Of a DNA stretch of 38,023 nt, positions 36,716-38,023 are shown one piece after another. The notes beneath the pieces are model-generated. The model did no database searches and was not told the origin of the DNA. It saw only the letters and a list, made by a program, of their open reading frames with translations. Each line of letters opens with the position of its first letter. The stretch's first letter is position 1. The translations under genes and the position numbers were made by a program. Source of the stretch: Octopus bimaculoides (taxonomy: Eukaryota); assembly GCF_001194135.2 (NCBI RefSeq), contig NC_068999.1, positions 10,120,432 through 10,158,454 of the forward strand. Direction: 5' to 3'.

Positions 36716-38023
36716 AAGTAACTTTCGCAACATTATTTATTACAGCTCATTACATATTATGTTTAAATACGAACCAGGTCGACATTGTCTATCCTCCTCC
36801 TGGAGACGACGAAATAAAGAACTCTTGGAGTACTGCAGTCAATTTATTCCTGAACATCCATGACAAAAATTACGTGGATTGCATCTTACGTAAGAAACCA
36901 TTATAGGTTGTTGTTTTTTATTGGTTGGTCCATATTTGTTTACATTAACTTACGAAACCTCAGTTGCAATAAAACACATACACACAGAAACACATACATG
37001 CACACATAGAATCCAGCATGCACACACATGAACACATAAACTCTACGCGCAACGCAAACTTCACCCACACACACATATATTTACATAAGTTTATAAATGG
37101 ATATGTGTGTGTGTGTGTGAGAGAGTGTGCTTGTGCGCGTTTGTGTTTGTGTATGAGTATATATGCCTATATATGTGTGTGTGTATGTATAAGATATTTA
37201 TACATATGCACATGTGTGAGCGCGCGTGTCGTGTGAGAGAGAAAGAGACGGGGCAGAGAGATTGAGAGAAAGAGAGATAGAGAGACAGACAGAGACGGAC
37301 TGACAAACAGAAGCAGTGTGATGTAGGAGTTATATATCATTTGTATACGAAGTGGGGCAGCGTTGCACGGCGTATAGTGACGAAGGTCGTCAACGGCTTT
37401 TCGAGAAATATCGTGAACGCGAAATGCTTGGAAAAGAACACGACTAAGTTGCTGATAAAGACTGATAGAGTTAACCAATTAATTGGTCAGGCACGCTGAC
37501 ATGCTAAAGGGCGAGGCAGCACTTTCCATCATCAACCCACGCGATCCCATCTAATCCCGTTATCATTACAACCAACTCCCCTACCGCCGACGACAACGAC
37601 GCCATCAATACTAGTCTCATTATTCTTTTCTTTTCGCTGCAATGCCAAAATAAGGCAGAGACGGGAGAGTAGCGGGGAGAGGACATTGGGCAGTGAGAGC
37701 CTCGCAAAGTGGCGATTTGGACAAGCAAAACTAAATATAAATATATCAAATGTCATCACAAGCAGGCAGATGTCAGGAAAACACGCAAACTAAAACTTTT
37801 GCCTTGCCACCGTGGGTTTTAATAAACTGGAGGCAACGATGCAGCAAGACAGATAAATGATTATACGACAACATGCGTGTATACGTATGTATGTATGTAA
37901 GTATGTGTGTATGTGTGCATTATATATGCATGCATGTATATGCATATATGGATGTGTTTGTATATATATATATATATGTGTGTGTATATATATAAAATAT
38001 ATATATATATATATATATATATA

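Overview
AT-rich, repeat-dominated eukaryotic DNA with 15 N-gaps (about 3.7 kb in total), most flanked by microsatellites. The tRNA-headed SINE families and dense compound microsatellites resemble coleoid cephalopod (Octopus-like) intronic/intergenic DNA; this is an inference. No protein-coding gene can be confidently named, and nearly all ORFs in the supplied track are microsatellite or gap artefacts. Supported content: three tRNA-derived SINE families (here A, B, C) in many copies, including a dimeric SINE with an 18-bp target-site duplication (TSD) and a full-length SINE with an 8-bp TSD; a decayed mariner transposase; two tandem CR1/L2-like LINE ORF2 3' fragments; and several short Penelope-like repeats carrying minimal type I hammerhead ribozyme motifs (best at 25321-25357, minus strand). 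A speculative chain of phase-compatible small minus-strand exons and several CpG-rich unique islands may belong to a host gene. No CRISPR, rRNA or intact tRNA gene was seen.
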